A stretch of DNA of 64,000 nucleotides, from the NCBI GenBank assembly GCA_013265495.1, contig MU062380.1, forward strand, positions 6,948,542 through 7,012,541, given 5' to 3'. Position 1 is the stretch's first letter, and the number at the start of each line of letters is the position of its first letter. Made by a program: the position numbers and the translations under genes. The notes under the pieces are model-generated. The model made no database searches, was not told the DNA's origin, and worked only from the letters and a program-made list of their open reading frames with translations. This DNA is from Vicugna vicugna. Its lineage: Eukaryota. Below are positions 23,561 through 35,944 of the stretch, piece by piece.

Positions 23561-26401
23561 GCATCCGTTCATTGTACGTATCCTGCTAGTGCCCTCGGGA
23601 CTAATTATATAGCTATAATCTTAAAAAACATTTGTCATATGAAAAAATGATTGACTGAAAATGAGTACACATCTCAAGATCTGAGCCCAAGCTGTTTGTA
23701 ATAATGCCTTTATAAATATACATGTACTTAGATACTATTTCTTTGGCCAAGTGCAAACATGCTATTTAAAAAAAAATCAACAAAGAAACTGAGCGGTCAA
23801 AAGTATTTTTTCTAGTCATAATTGGTTAGATATAATTTTATCACATTTTTTCTGACATTAGTATCCTTGGGGGCCGTCAAGCATGTTCATCTAATCAATT
23901 TTTCCCTCTCTAACCTCTTCCATCTACTGAAATTTCCCGTTCAGTCCTCAGGTATCAAGCATAGACAGAGTTTTCTCCTGGGAGGTGCATAAGTACAGAA
24001 GTTATGCACCCCAGTGATCTTTCTAGTGTATTTGTTTGCTGAGCTGAGGAATTATGTGAGGAAGTGATTACAGATGAAACTGTCTCCAGGAGATGTACTG
24101 CAAAGGTTGTTGCGGTTTGTGGGAAATGAGGTTGCAGCCTAAAGCATCAGGAGCAGGCAGGAAGAAGCCTGCATCCTTGTTTTCAACCCCTTTGACTATA
24201 CTCTTGGAGAAATTGAGACTAGGATGCAAGCGTCAGGGTCACTCTTCAGAAAATGAGAGGAGGCCACTGCTGTCCACAGGCACTTTTTTTTTTTTAAGTT
24301 TTAGAAATTGAGTAGCTGAGACCTGTACAGAGGCCCTGAGATGCAACGTCTTTTCACAAACTATGAAATGATTGAAACTCAGTCTGATAGAACCCCAGGG
24401 ATTCAGACTACTTCAGGAGGAGAAGAGTGGAAAGCAAAGACAGTTAAGACCAGACTGCATTTAAAGGAGCTTCAGGTAGGAGGTTTTTATCAAGAGAGAA
24501 CTTGCAGTTTTATCCAAAAATGCCTCCTTAATACCTCTATATTTGTTTAATTTTTAAATTTGTTTTTGTCATTACCTATTTTGAAGGCTAAGAGAGACAG
24601 TCAGAAGAGAAATAGATTTGGTTTATCTTGGGCTCCCAAGTACCAAGAACATGTTCCTTTTCATTGGTAGCTTTAGGCCAGCAGAATATCTGTTAACCTC
24701 TATTCACCATAATCCTTCTTAGCATTCATAGGATGCACCCCTAATCCATCCTCTACCATTTCCCTGGTTGAGATAATAAGACCCAAATGTATAATCACCT
24801 CCCAGCTGATCTGCCTGCTCTGACCTCTGCCTTTCTGCATGCATGTGTGTGCATGTGCAGTACATGCAGGTTCCCATAAACACACAACATACGCACAGGA
24901 CTATCAGAATGAGTGCCCTTAAAGACAGATGTCGCTATGTACTTACCCTGCTTTCAGTGTTTTTTCATGTAAAATCTAAACTCCTCTCTCCTTCATTCAA
25001 AACTCCATTGATTTAACTCCAATTTCCCTGATAAAACCTAGCATGATTTGCCATGCATCCTAGCAGCTATGTTATGGAAGTGTCATCCTCTCTTTGTAGA
25101 TTGTGAACTCCCACAAGTTGGAGGCATTTATCAATTTTCGCATTCCTAGAAAAAGTAGGATGCAATTTCAGTTTTCACATAGTACGTGCTCAGTAGGTGC
25201 TGAGCAAATGAGTAACTACTTTTAGTGATTTTGAGAGTGATCTCATCTAGGCCATTAGAAAAACTGATAAAATTATCACTACCACCCCCTTTTTTTTCTC
25301 CCTGAGAAATGAATTTTTACAAAATCCTTTGATGAGATCTGTTATACTTCTCATCCCTGGATAATTCTGAAAAAACTTTAAAATTTTTTTCAAACATCCC
25401 TTTTTTATTTACACTTGCTCCTGACCTTGTTCATAATGTGGTATTTCACATTGTAAAATATACGCAAACCCCCTTGGCTACATTGTAAAAACTTTCAGAT
25501 CTATTTTACAATTATTGAATCTCAAGAGGGCTATGTCATGCCTGCCCTGTGAGAGATTTATTATGTGTATATTCTTTATTCTATATGGATTCCTGTTAAC
25601 TTTGATCAGAGTGAGGTATCTCCCCTTTGATTTTGGACAAGTTCCTCTTGTCACTTATAAAACGTAGGATCCAAACATTCTTTACCCTAAATCTCTGAGA
25701 CATACTACAATTCAGAAGTGTCAGCCTTGGGAATTACTGTCCTTTCCTACAATCAGTGCTCCCGACACAGCGGCAACACAGGTGCCCAACATTGTGTCTG
25801 GGAACCGCAGTGTACTTCTCAAAGCTTTCGAGGCAGTGGCTTTTAAAGCAGGTCCCAAGGACTCTCAGCATTTGTAAAGTACTTCCAAAGATGTTTCCTA
25901 GTAAAAAAAAAAAAACTACAATTTTTGCCAACTTTGCTTTAGTTATTTTTTATAACTTGGATTCCAAGCAAATTTTTACTTTGGAAAACAGCAATCACAA
26001 AACAACAAAATTTCCAAAGGTTAAAAAAGTGAAATCAATTTCATTGCTTTAAAAATTCACCTCAGTTCTAGAAATAAATAAAATAAACTGAAGAAATGAA
26101 AAAAAGTGAAATCAACCATATTAGGGGACAAATACAAAGATATGGAAAACTGATACTAACCTTAAACAATCCTTCAAATATTAGAAGCTTTTGATACCCA
26201 TTTCTCACTTTTTTTTAATACTCATCCCATCTGAAAGTCACTTATGGAGGCAGAATGTTATTGCTTTCTTTCACATTCCCTTCCTCCTCATCATATGGTT
26301 CAAGATTCAACTAGTATTTACTTCTTCTGTGTGCCAGATATTAGATATATTGCTAGTTCTAACTACTTCCAGCATACAACAAAATTACCCATGATTCCTG
26401 C

Positions 26402-26730
26402 TGTAGTGAGGATCTGTGTCTCCCCAGAATTCCTGTGTTAAAATCCTAATTCACAAACGTGATGCCATTAGTAGTCAGGGCCTTTGCGTGGCAGTTGGTG
26501 GAAATGGGATTAGTACCCTTATGAAAGAGACCCCCAGACAGATTCCGAGTCCCTTCATTAGTGTGAGGATACAAGGAGAAGTCTGCAATCTGAAAGAGGG
26601 CTCTCAGCCGACCATGCTGACACCCTGATCTTGGACTTCCAGCCTGCACAGCTGTGAGAAATACATTTCTATTGTGTATAAGCCACACAGTCACTGGTAT
26701 TTTGTTAAAGCAGCCTGAACCTGAATGGAC
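26402..26730 (+). mobile_element. MLT1A-type MaLR solo LTR
   Basis: tgtagtg...gtgtctccccagaattc...cttggacttccagcc...taagccac...ggtattttgttaaagcagcc. Confidence 0.9.
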
Positions 26731-27764
26731 TTAGTTACCACTTATGATCTAGTAGGATTACATTTTGATATCCATCATTTCTGACACTGAGGAAGGGACT
26801 TTGCTTCCTTATTTGATGGGTTATTTGTTTGCTTGGTTGGTTTTTTGGTGCCTCCTTCATTAATTTGACAGGTAAAATCATGGCAGTATATGTACTGAGA
26901 CTGGGCATCATCATGACATGATGCTAATTGTTCTTAGATATTCAACAATTTTTGTCAATGATGCATTGTGTTCCAATTTTAAACATAGAATGATTACTTC
27001 TGTACTACTCCTGTGCTTTAGTATTTCTTTCATTTTCTTCTTGTGTATTTTTTCTGCAGACTTTTGCCTTCCTGCCTCTTTGAGGGCAAAGGTTGTCTCT
27101 CATCCATCTGTGAATTGCTCCATCTCCTACTGCTTCTAGTGCAATTATTTGCACATATAGGGTATTCAATAATTATGTCTGAAAATACCAGTTATTTTAT
27201 TTCTCCATTTTTGACTCTACTGGTGAGGAAAGTGATTGAAGTATTGCAGGTTTTTTTTAGCCTCAGGCCAAGCTTTATCACGGTGGAGAACTATTTTTCA
27301 CAAGAATATTATATCAGAAATGTATGCACCCTGTAACATGTTAAACCAGGCGACCTCTAAGCTGCTTCTACCTCTCCATTTTTATGATTCTGTGTTATTG
27401 CACAAAGGTGCAATTTTATAAACAGAAAAGTAAGTCTGCCTTTGGATGTTAGGCTTTCACATCTTTCAATTTGAACTTTCACTGGATTTACTGTAACCAT
27501 TAGCACAATGTTCTTTGCATTGAACTTAAAGCACCAGGAAACTTGGCTCTGCCTCTTAGCACAGAAATGCCTTCATCGTGAGCCATCATGCAAAGATATC
27601 TGCTTGCACCTCTAGGACACCACCTTTGACCCAGCCTCCCCATTCCCACCCCAAAGTAAAGGGCATGATTCTAAGATGTGTGTATATGGGATTTTGTTTG
27701 GTTATGCATGAGTGCTGTCGCAAATCTGTTTCCTCCTCATATTCCTTGGTCATATACCTCTCCT

Positions 27765-28125
27765 ACAGTCATTTAATCAGTATTTATTGAGTATTCCCCG
27801 GCTTCCCAGGATTGATCCAAATGCTTTGGTGGAGTCAAAGAAATAGGAGGATATATCCTTGGCCTTGCAGAGCATAATAGTCTGATGGAGGAGACCTAAA
27901 AATTATCTGGAGAATGGTAATCTCATATGTTTTGGGACAATTTTGACACATTATGAGAAAATATCATCACATAAGCTAAAGTTCCAATGGTGAATTTATT
28001 TATTAAGGAAGAATTCTTGGAGTCTAGACTTGTCCTTACATTGATGGAGAAGCCATTTGGAAGGGGACAGAGGATTGGTGGCATTAGCCAACACAAAAAG
28101 ATGAGATACAAAAAAAATAAGGCCA

Positions 28126-28161
<36 letters not shown>

Positions 28162-28330
28162 GTCAAATTCAAAGACAATAATGAAAAAGAGAGAGGTGGA
28201 TGGGCAATTTGGAAAGGGAATTGGTGGAGCTTGTATATGATATGATAGACAGCAGGGAGCCACTCTACATGATTTGAATGAAGTGAATATTGTCTTTGAA
28301 ATAGACTTAGCTATATGTAGAGAAGGAGCA
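27765..28330 (-). mobile_element. L2 fossil containing an (AT)n tract
   Basis: catttaatcagtatttattgagt...ccttggccttgcagagc...agtctgatggaggagac resembles the reverse L2 3' end. Confidence 0.65.
28125..28161. repeat. (AT)n microsatellite, one interruption
   Basis: Seen directly. Confidence 0.95.
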
Positions 28331-30669
28331 GAAAGATGAGAAAGTTGGACCCCAAAATCCCCCTATGATGTAATAAGTTGCTCATTATCACGCTTGTGGA
28401 AGTGAAGGAGAAGGGACAAAAATGGAATATGACTGGATTTGATGGCCAGTAATTTCACAGGGTATTCTTTTGCTGCTTTTTAATGAAGTTATCTTGTTTT
28501 CTTTACCAAATAATGCCTCTGTTCTATGAGTAGGGCAAAAGAATGAGCATAATAAAAGACAGCTATTATGGTTGCTATTATTATAAAATCCCCTTGAAGA
28601 TTTGAAGAGAGAATGATTGTCTTAATGTGTTGTTTTGTGGGCCAGTGCTATACTAAACAGCTATTACTTTTTACCCTAAGGTGGCTGCAAACTGAAGATG
28701 GGGGAGTTGATACCCAAGAATATGGCTTGTAGAATATTTAGGGATCAGCTCAAATAAAAGGTGCCATATAAATGCAATGTATCATTACCAATAGTCATAA
28801 CAATGTTGATTGTTATTGTTGTCTTGGGAAGTTTATAAGAACTAATTGCAGCGGTAGCTCATACGTACTGCAGCCATAAGCTGTAAGAAATAATCTTTTG
28901 AGTAATAATATTAAATATGTCCAAAGGCAGCTATACAGCCTTTGGAAAGAAATGAGACTACTTTGATTTTTACCTGTGACAATGTACAACCTGGCATTTT
29001 CTGATTTGGGAAAGTTCTGAGTCTGGAAATTAAACTGTCAGAGTTGAAAGTATGGGAATGTGAGGACCAAAAACTGTTTAATCAAAGTGCAGATACTTTT
29101 TCAAAAGGGGCAGAAAATAGATCGTCCAATAACAATGTAACTGTGTGAAATGCATCTTCGGAACAAAGAAAGATGGAAGGAGAGGAAGAAGGCAAGAAAA
29201 ACCAGAGATTACTTTTCCTATGGTTATGAAAAAGAAAATGTTTCTCCCTCTTTCTCTGTTTCATCTATCATGCCAGCCATAACATCAACTGTTACATAAA
29301 CTCTATCTTTACCTTTAATTAAAAAATTTGCCTTTAAACTTCTTTTGTAACTCAATAATCCAATTTCTAGGTTTTCAAAATATTTGATGATAGATCAAAA
29401 ACATACACATCAGAGAGAGAGGTATAGAGACAGACAGAAAGACAGAGAGATTTCCATCTTTAAGATTAAATAGTCCTCTTCCTGCTGTAAAGAAAGTGGT
29501 CACAGAAGGTAATGGCAAATAGTTTATCTGTCTAACTCTTGAGTTCTTAGCGGACATTTGGCACAGGACTGTAAATTCTAGACTTACTGTTAATGTCTTT
29601 CTAATGGATCTTTATTATCTACACGCTGATCAGTGTTTAGCCATTTAATTGATGCACTGAAAAGACCACAGTATATATATCACACTCTGTTACTCCAAAG
29701 TTAGGAGAAGCAATTAAAATAAATATTGTGGGATTTTCCCAAACAGGGCCTTCCTCTACTTAACCAATGTTTAGGACAGCTGACCTGCCTCTTTTAACTA
29801 ACATAAAATGCATGCCTATTGAAAGAAGTAGATACTAAGATTTTTGCACTATGGACAGTTTATTTCACTCTTTCTATCTTATTTGAGAAGGTGGAAATCT
29901 TTTCTCTCCTACAATCATTTCTCTCCCTATTTTCCAGTGGTGACTGTAGGTGTGGAGATTTAGTCCTGTCTCCTCTCGTAAAGTGGGGCGTGGAGGGGAA
30001 GAAACGCTTCACTCAGCAATGCCGGTATAAGTAAACTGATCCTCACTTTCAGGTTGTTAGGCAAAGCTTGAATCATGACACACAACATCGATAACCCTAA
30101 TGATTCTAGAAGCGGACCTGCTTGAGAGAATGATGGAGAGTAACTAGGTGCTTACATTTCTATCCCATATCCTCGCCTTAATGTTGCTACCATCCTCCTT
30201 GGGAGTTTTCAAATGCTCTTAAACTTATGTTTGAAGTTGCCTTTATCCTTTATCCCCACTGCATTTTCTCATCTCTGTTAAAAGCTTAAGCAAAATATAA
30301 ATCCAGTTGATCTGAAAGCCCCAGTAACAAATTCCAGATATTTATATCTGGTTCCTATGAATGTTCTTACACCTAGCAGAAGTTAGAGACAATGATAATT
30401 AGCTTAAAAGAACTTAAGAGCTTTCAACAAAATTTGAAAGAAAAACCTTAAGACAATGGAATTGCTAATAAACATCGAGGTTTACTTCTCACCTGTTTTG
30501 ATGGGGAAATTTTAAACCTTTTGCCATCAAGTTATGTAGGATTGGGGACATTCAAACAGCCAGCTACAACCGCTACATCATCATCAGAGGTCTTGTCTTT
30601 GTTTACCAGCCTATACCTGTACCTGACAATGATGTAGAAGATCAATTGTTGCATATAAAATAAATTGAG

Positions 30670-30790
30670 GGGGACTGTAGGATGAAACTATTCTGTGTCT
30701 TTATTGTATTGGCAGTTACATGACTGTATGCATTTTCCAAAATTAATAGAACTGTATACCAAATAAGTTTATTTTTGTATGTAAATAAAG
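30670..30790 (+). mobile_element. Old L1 (L1MC/MD/ME-type) 3' end
   Basis: ggcagttacatgactgtatgcattttccaaaattaatagaactgtatac...gtatgtaaataaa. Confidence 0.8.
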
Positions 30791-31524
30791 TGTTTTTTGA
30801 GTGAATACATGCTTTCCTCATAAAGAATCCACGCATGCGCATTCATTCTCTCCTTTATTCATCGGCCATTTTTTGAGGAACTGCAATGCACTGGGCACTG
30901 TGTTAAACTCCAAAGAAATACTGATAAATAATCTCTGCCCCTCCCATCTAGGAGCCTCTTCTCCACCTGCTCCTTCTACTTCTACCTCTAGTAGCTCCCT
31001 TTTGATGTCACCTTATCTTACTAGGACCGATGGAACAGTTCCTTAGAGGAAAGTGGGTTCAGAGGTTCTAGATCCTTTGGGCTCAGAGATGCTACAGCCA
31101 ACTTGACATGACTCAAGGCTAGAACGAAGTCCTATTTCAGTGATATCATGGGTAACAAGTGGTTGTGCAGGTATTTTTAAAAAAATACTTGCTGACAAAA
31201 ATATGGTCTATGTTCAAAATGATAGATAAAAAAAATCAGATCATCAGATAGGACTCACCTGTAGTTCAGTTGATGGATTTTCATTTGGGAAGAAAGATAA
31301 CATGGTGACGTTATTAAAAAGTAAGAGGAATAGTGAGAGTATTAGTGCTTTGAGTGTAGCGATCAGACTTGGTTACCTACCTAATATAACTCAGTTATGT
31401 TAGAGTTTCTGTTCTCCCACATGATTCAATGTAAAGTGACTCTTTTTCCACCTAATAAATTAATCTAAACCAATAATAGTAATTTCATTCCTCTTCTTAG
31501 TGATCAGTTTAGAATTTAAAATAG

Positions 31525-31725
31525 CTAATACTGATTAAACATTCATTATGTGCCAGGTACCTTTCTAAATGTTTGCTTTGTGTTAACCAAAATGATCATC
31601 ACGACAATCCAATGAGGAAGGTAGTACTGACGTATGTAAAGAATCTGAAGCTCAGAGAAATAAAGTAATTGCCCAGAGACATGCAAGCATGAGTTGTAAT
31701 GCTAAAATTCAAACTCAAGCCGTCT
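31525..31725 (-). mobile_element. MIR SINE
   Basis: attatgtgccaggtacc...ctgaagctcagagaaataaagtaattgcccagag. Confidence 0.8.
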
Positions 31726-31774
31726 TTTTTTATTTTCTTTTCCTGCTCTTAACTAATATTTCATTCTGTACACA

Positions 31775-31985
31775 ACCCTATTCTGGCCAATGATATGTGA
31801 GAAAAAAAATTGCTGGGAATTTCTTAGAGAGTTTCCTTGCACCTGAGAATTGAACCAACAGAGAGAGAGGAGAATTGTCAGGAAACTCAGAGAAACAAAG
31901 CCAACGATCTGACATGCCACCCCGGAGCCTTCCCTACCTCTGCCCTTCTTGTTATGTTAGATAATAAACATCTGCATTGTCTATA
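31775..31985 (+). mobile_element. Old MLT1 (MaLR) LTR fragment
   Basis: ttctggccaatgatatgtgag...ctacctctg...gttatgttagataataaa. Confidence 0.6.
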
Positions 31986-32044
31986 TCCTATGTCAGGATT
32001 TTCTCTTTTTTTTATAGTCAAAAACATCCAAGCAGTTATTAATA

Positions 32045-32245
32045 TATTGAATGCTAATCCCACTTCTTGTCACCTAGCAAGTGTGTTACACATAATATTT
32101 TATGTAATTCTCACAACCTCAAATAGGTTTTAGTATACCCCTCTTCAGACTAAGGGTTAGAAAGATTAATTTGCCACAATCATATAGCAAGTAAGAGACA
32201 GAGGTCAGTATACTGGACTCCAGAACCCATGTTTTTAAGCATTCT
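32045..32245 (-). mobile_element. MIR SINE
   Basis: aattctcacaacc...aatttgccacaatcatatagcaagtaag...gactccagaacccatg. Confidence 0.75.
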
Positions 32246-32611
32246 GCAAAACTGTCTTTCCCAATCATAAAATTAATTGGTCCACAATAATAAACTTTTT
32301 TATCCAATCTTGTAACACAAAGCAAGTTTTACATTTTATAATATCTATCTATCTGTATCTACAAAGCCTCTTAAATTAGTAAAAGAAGCAGTCACTAGCA
32401 AGTGCATTACACGATTTATCTTATACTGTTAGTCAATTAGATTAAATCATAAATACTGGTCTCTGATTGGCTTTTACAAGTTAGGGCAACTGATAGCTAA
32501 AATTTTCTTTCTTTGTTTTTGCTTTTTCTTATTTTCAATGTAGACTGAAAAAACTTTAAATTGACTTTTACTTAGTTATGTTATGCATATGACTTACCTT
32601 AAATATATACA

Positions 32612-32860
32612 TTTTTAATTGAGTTATAGTCATTTTACAATGTTGTGTCAAATTCCAATGTAGAGAACAATTTTTCAGTTATATATGAACATACATACAT
32701 TCAAATTCCAATGTAGAGCACAATTTTTCAGTTATATATGAACATACATACATTCCTTGTCACATTCTCTTTCGGTGTGAGCCACTACAAGATCCTATAT
32801 ATATTTCCCTGTGCTATACGGTACAATCTTGTTTATCTATTCTACATTTTGAAATCTCAG
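32612..32860 (-). mobile_element. Lineage-specific LINE-1 3' end with internal 53-bp tandem duplication
   Basis: ttttaattgagttatagtcattttacaatgttgtgtcaa 3' UTR; duplicated unit at 32648-32700 and 32701-32753. Confidence 0.9.
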
Positions 32861-33533
32861 TTCTTTTTTATTGCATTCCCTTATTAAAGAGAAACTTGAA
32901 AAATGTGTGGTGTCTTAAAAATCTAAACATTACGGTAGAGCACACAGACAAACGCAAGAAACACAAGGAACACAAGAAATGGATTAAAGATTAGCAGGGG
33001 ACCTGGCTGTATGATCACGATTTCTCAGAGATGAGGTTTAAGCCCATCAATTATTAATAACAGCAGGGCTTTGGCTAAGAAAATTGCCAGCGCCCACCGT
33101 TGGTGTTTACAGCCTGTAACAAGAGGCACAAGCTTTACTCAAACTCACACCCATTTATTTTAAAAACATACTGAGTGGCAGGCATTAAAAATAGATGAGT
33201 CTCGTTTCACAAGACCCACTGACAGTAATCAACAGCAGGAGTGGGAAGAAAAATAAATTAGATTTTTAAAACCTTTTCAGCTGAAATCATCAGTGGTCTT
33301 CTGATCCTACAAAGAATGGAATGAGTATAAAGACATGGAGTTATCTTTGGGGAGAATTACTTTTAAAATGTAGAACAAGGTTATAGAAAACAAGTTTAAT
33401 TTCTGGAGGGCTGTCCTTCTAGACTGTGATGGCTCTCTCTGCAGAGTGGGCAGTGTTGTGTCGGCCTCGCCGGGCTCCAGGCTTCCTGGAAACAGGCACA
33501 AGGACCGTGCCGCTCACTGCCACAGCTCTCATC

Positions 33534-33563
33534 ATGGGAGGCAGAGAGGGATACGGGGATAAG
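33534..33563 (+). CDS. Speculative first coding exon segment MGGREGYGDK
   Basis: Strong Kozak context atcATGG and phase-0 donor AAG|GTGAGA inside a locally CpG-rich patch; no homologue recognised. Confidence 0.12.
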
Positions 33564-35205
33564 GTGAGAGGGAAGCAGGCTCTGGAAACTTAACCTGTGG
33601 CGGCACCTCAGACCCTGTGGTCCGCCCTTGCCCAAGCCTGTCTCTCTCCTTTTGTTTCCGGTCTGGAAGTAAACTGCAAAAGAGCAAAAGATCTTCAGGA
33701 ACAACTGTTCCACTACTATGATTTACCAGAGGCAGTTTAGGGAAAAAAAACACAATTTAAGTTTTGATATTTCCTGCCTTTTCTTTTTTCCCCGTATGCC
33801 TTTTCCCAACTCTTAAGTATAGGGAGTAAAACGATTTAATGAACAAATCAGTTTTAAAAGGAGGCCATAGCTGTCCATTTTAAGGGAATTTCCATTTTTA
33901 AAAAGAGATACCAGTACTAAAGCAGAATTCAATTTCACGTTTAGAAGTGTATAATGAGTTGTACTGTGTTTTCTGGTAATTAAATTAAGAAACTGAACCT
34001 ACAGTATCTTTTCTGATCCACAATGGCTCCTTGATTTCCCCTAAGCATTAATCTCTAATAGTGGAACTTTAGGCATCAGCAGGGGAGATGTTCAGGTCGT
34101 CAAGGCCATCCTGCGCCCTGTCAGCTTACACCACAGGGGCGCGTGCATCTTGCATGGCCGAGGGTATGCCAATCAATCCTGTCAGGACTTGCTAATAAGT
34201 CAGATGCTTAGGGAGCAGAGACAGGCACAGAAAAAGAAAAAATGCCTCCCACCACATGACTTTTGGGGGACATTCTTAGAGGTTGTAAACATCAAAATCA
34301 TCTCATTAAAATTTTACATTCTGTGTCTGGGCTGGATTTCTATCAAAGGTCTACTTGGCAGTCGTAGTGAGGGGTGGACTGATTGGAATAAAACTGACAA
34401 TAAAATGATAGTTTTTTTTCTCTTGTTTCAAATGTAAATGAATATCCTTTGATTCTTGGGAAATGTAGCCATAGTTCTGCTGCCCACACAGCCCAGAGAG
34501 AGCTCCTCTCCAGCTATGTAATCTGTACCCTAACAAACCCATTGGTCAATAAGAAATAAAAACTCTCAGGATACTGTCCCCAAAACAAAAACAGAGGTGA
34601 TGGCTTGGTGAGGTCCTTTGTATTCTAAGAAAAAGGAACAATTTGAACTGATTTATATTTCCACTACTATGTCTTAAAATACTTAAAAAATACTGTAATG
34701 TGAATAGTTCCACTTGTCCTAAGTACATGGGATCTACCTGCTGAGTCTGTTGGTACAAGGTTGTCATTCCTTTTTTGACTCTGTTCCTTCCCCTGCTCCC
34801 CTTACTTTCATCTCCTGGCTTCGTACTTGCTCCTGTCCTCTCACAAGTCCTTCGTCCCTTACCCAGTGCTGCTGCTTCTGATGTCTGTGCCACTCTTCCT
34901 GCTCTGCCTTTGGTTTTCACACTCGCACCCAGATTTTTCTCTGTCCTGTTTACAAATTGGTTCTGCATAATAGTTCTATATAGATGTAGGGTGGGGAGTG
35001 TTGGGAACATTACATGCCAGCAGTATCTCCATGGGGGACAGGAACAGTATCTGCCTTGTCACTGCTTACATCACTTACACAGCGATGGGCTTATAGCAGA
35101 CATTGGATGGATGGATGGATGGACATACAGCCCAGGTACAAATGCTATGATGCTTCATAAGATTCTGAGGCCTTTCTCATTTCAGTTACCTTTTATAATT
35201 TTTAT

Positions 35206-35210
<5 letters not shown>

Positions 35211-35238
<28 letters not shown>
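35211..35238. repeat. (CA)14 microsatellite
   Basis: Seen directly. Confidence 0.95.
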
Positions 35239-35239
<1 letters not shown>

Positions 35240-35603
35240 TTTTCTTTCCATCCTTTCTAAAGAATGGATTTGTATAACAACCTTTTAGCCCAAATGATGC
35301 TGTGAGAAATGTCTTCACTCCTATGCAATACAACTGCATAAATTACTTAATTTCTAAGCTATTTAAATAGGTTCAGTGAGGTGATTTCAGGTCACAGGAC
35401 TCTGCAGATGGACGCTGAATATTTACACTAGATTTTTTTTTCTGGTAGCAATGACTACATGTTTTGGGAGCCTGTGGTCTAACGCAATTACAAAAAAAAA
35501 TATGTACATACACAACACGCGCATGTATACTTGGCCTTTTGTTGTTACTGTTTTATTTGTGCTGAGTACCTGTGGTTGCTTAGGCTGATGATGTAAATTG
35601 AAA

Positions 35604-35850
35604 GACAGTGTAGTGTAGTCCCTAAGAGCTTGGATCCTGGAGTCTAACTGCCTGAGTCCAAACACAAGTGCTGCTGCTTGGTAACTTTGTGAACACGGGA
35701 AAATCACTGAAGCTCTCTGTGCTCAAGTTTCCTCCTCTGAAAGGATATGGATAATAATAGTGACTGCCTCCTATGTCTTCTCTAAGGATTAAATATGTTA
35801 GTATGCAAAGAACAAAGAACAATGCCTGGCGTGTGGTAAATGCTTTATAA
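35604..35850 (+). mobile_element. Near full-length MIR SINE
   Basis: cagtgtagtgtagt...ctggagtctaactgcctgag...ctctctgtgctcaagtttcctcctctgaaa...aatgcctggcgtgtggtaaatgct. Confidence 0.9.
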
Positions 35851-35944
35851 AGGGCATCTATGTTGGTATCAATTGGGGTCTTGTTACAATAGCAGAAGGT
35901 GCCGGAATTTTTTTTTCCTGAGTAACTTTTACCTCGATATATAA

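Noticed and set aside
27060-27222. Acceptor CAG|, open hydrophobic frame and donor CTG|GTGAGG (163 nt)
   Set aside because: Sequence is an L2 3'-end fossil and the length is not a multiple of 3; exonisation possible but unsupported
30831-30841. NRF1-like ACGCATGCGCA
   Set aside because: One mismatch, wedged between an L1 tail and an L2 tail, no CpG-island context
34546-35260. Overlapping 154-aa (minus) and 161-aa (plus) ORFs, the longest N-free ORFs
   Set aside because: Non-ATG starts, driven by pyrimidine/purine-skewed low complexity and a (CA)n tract; no recognisable domain
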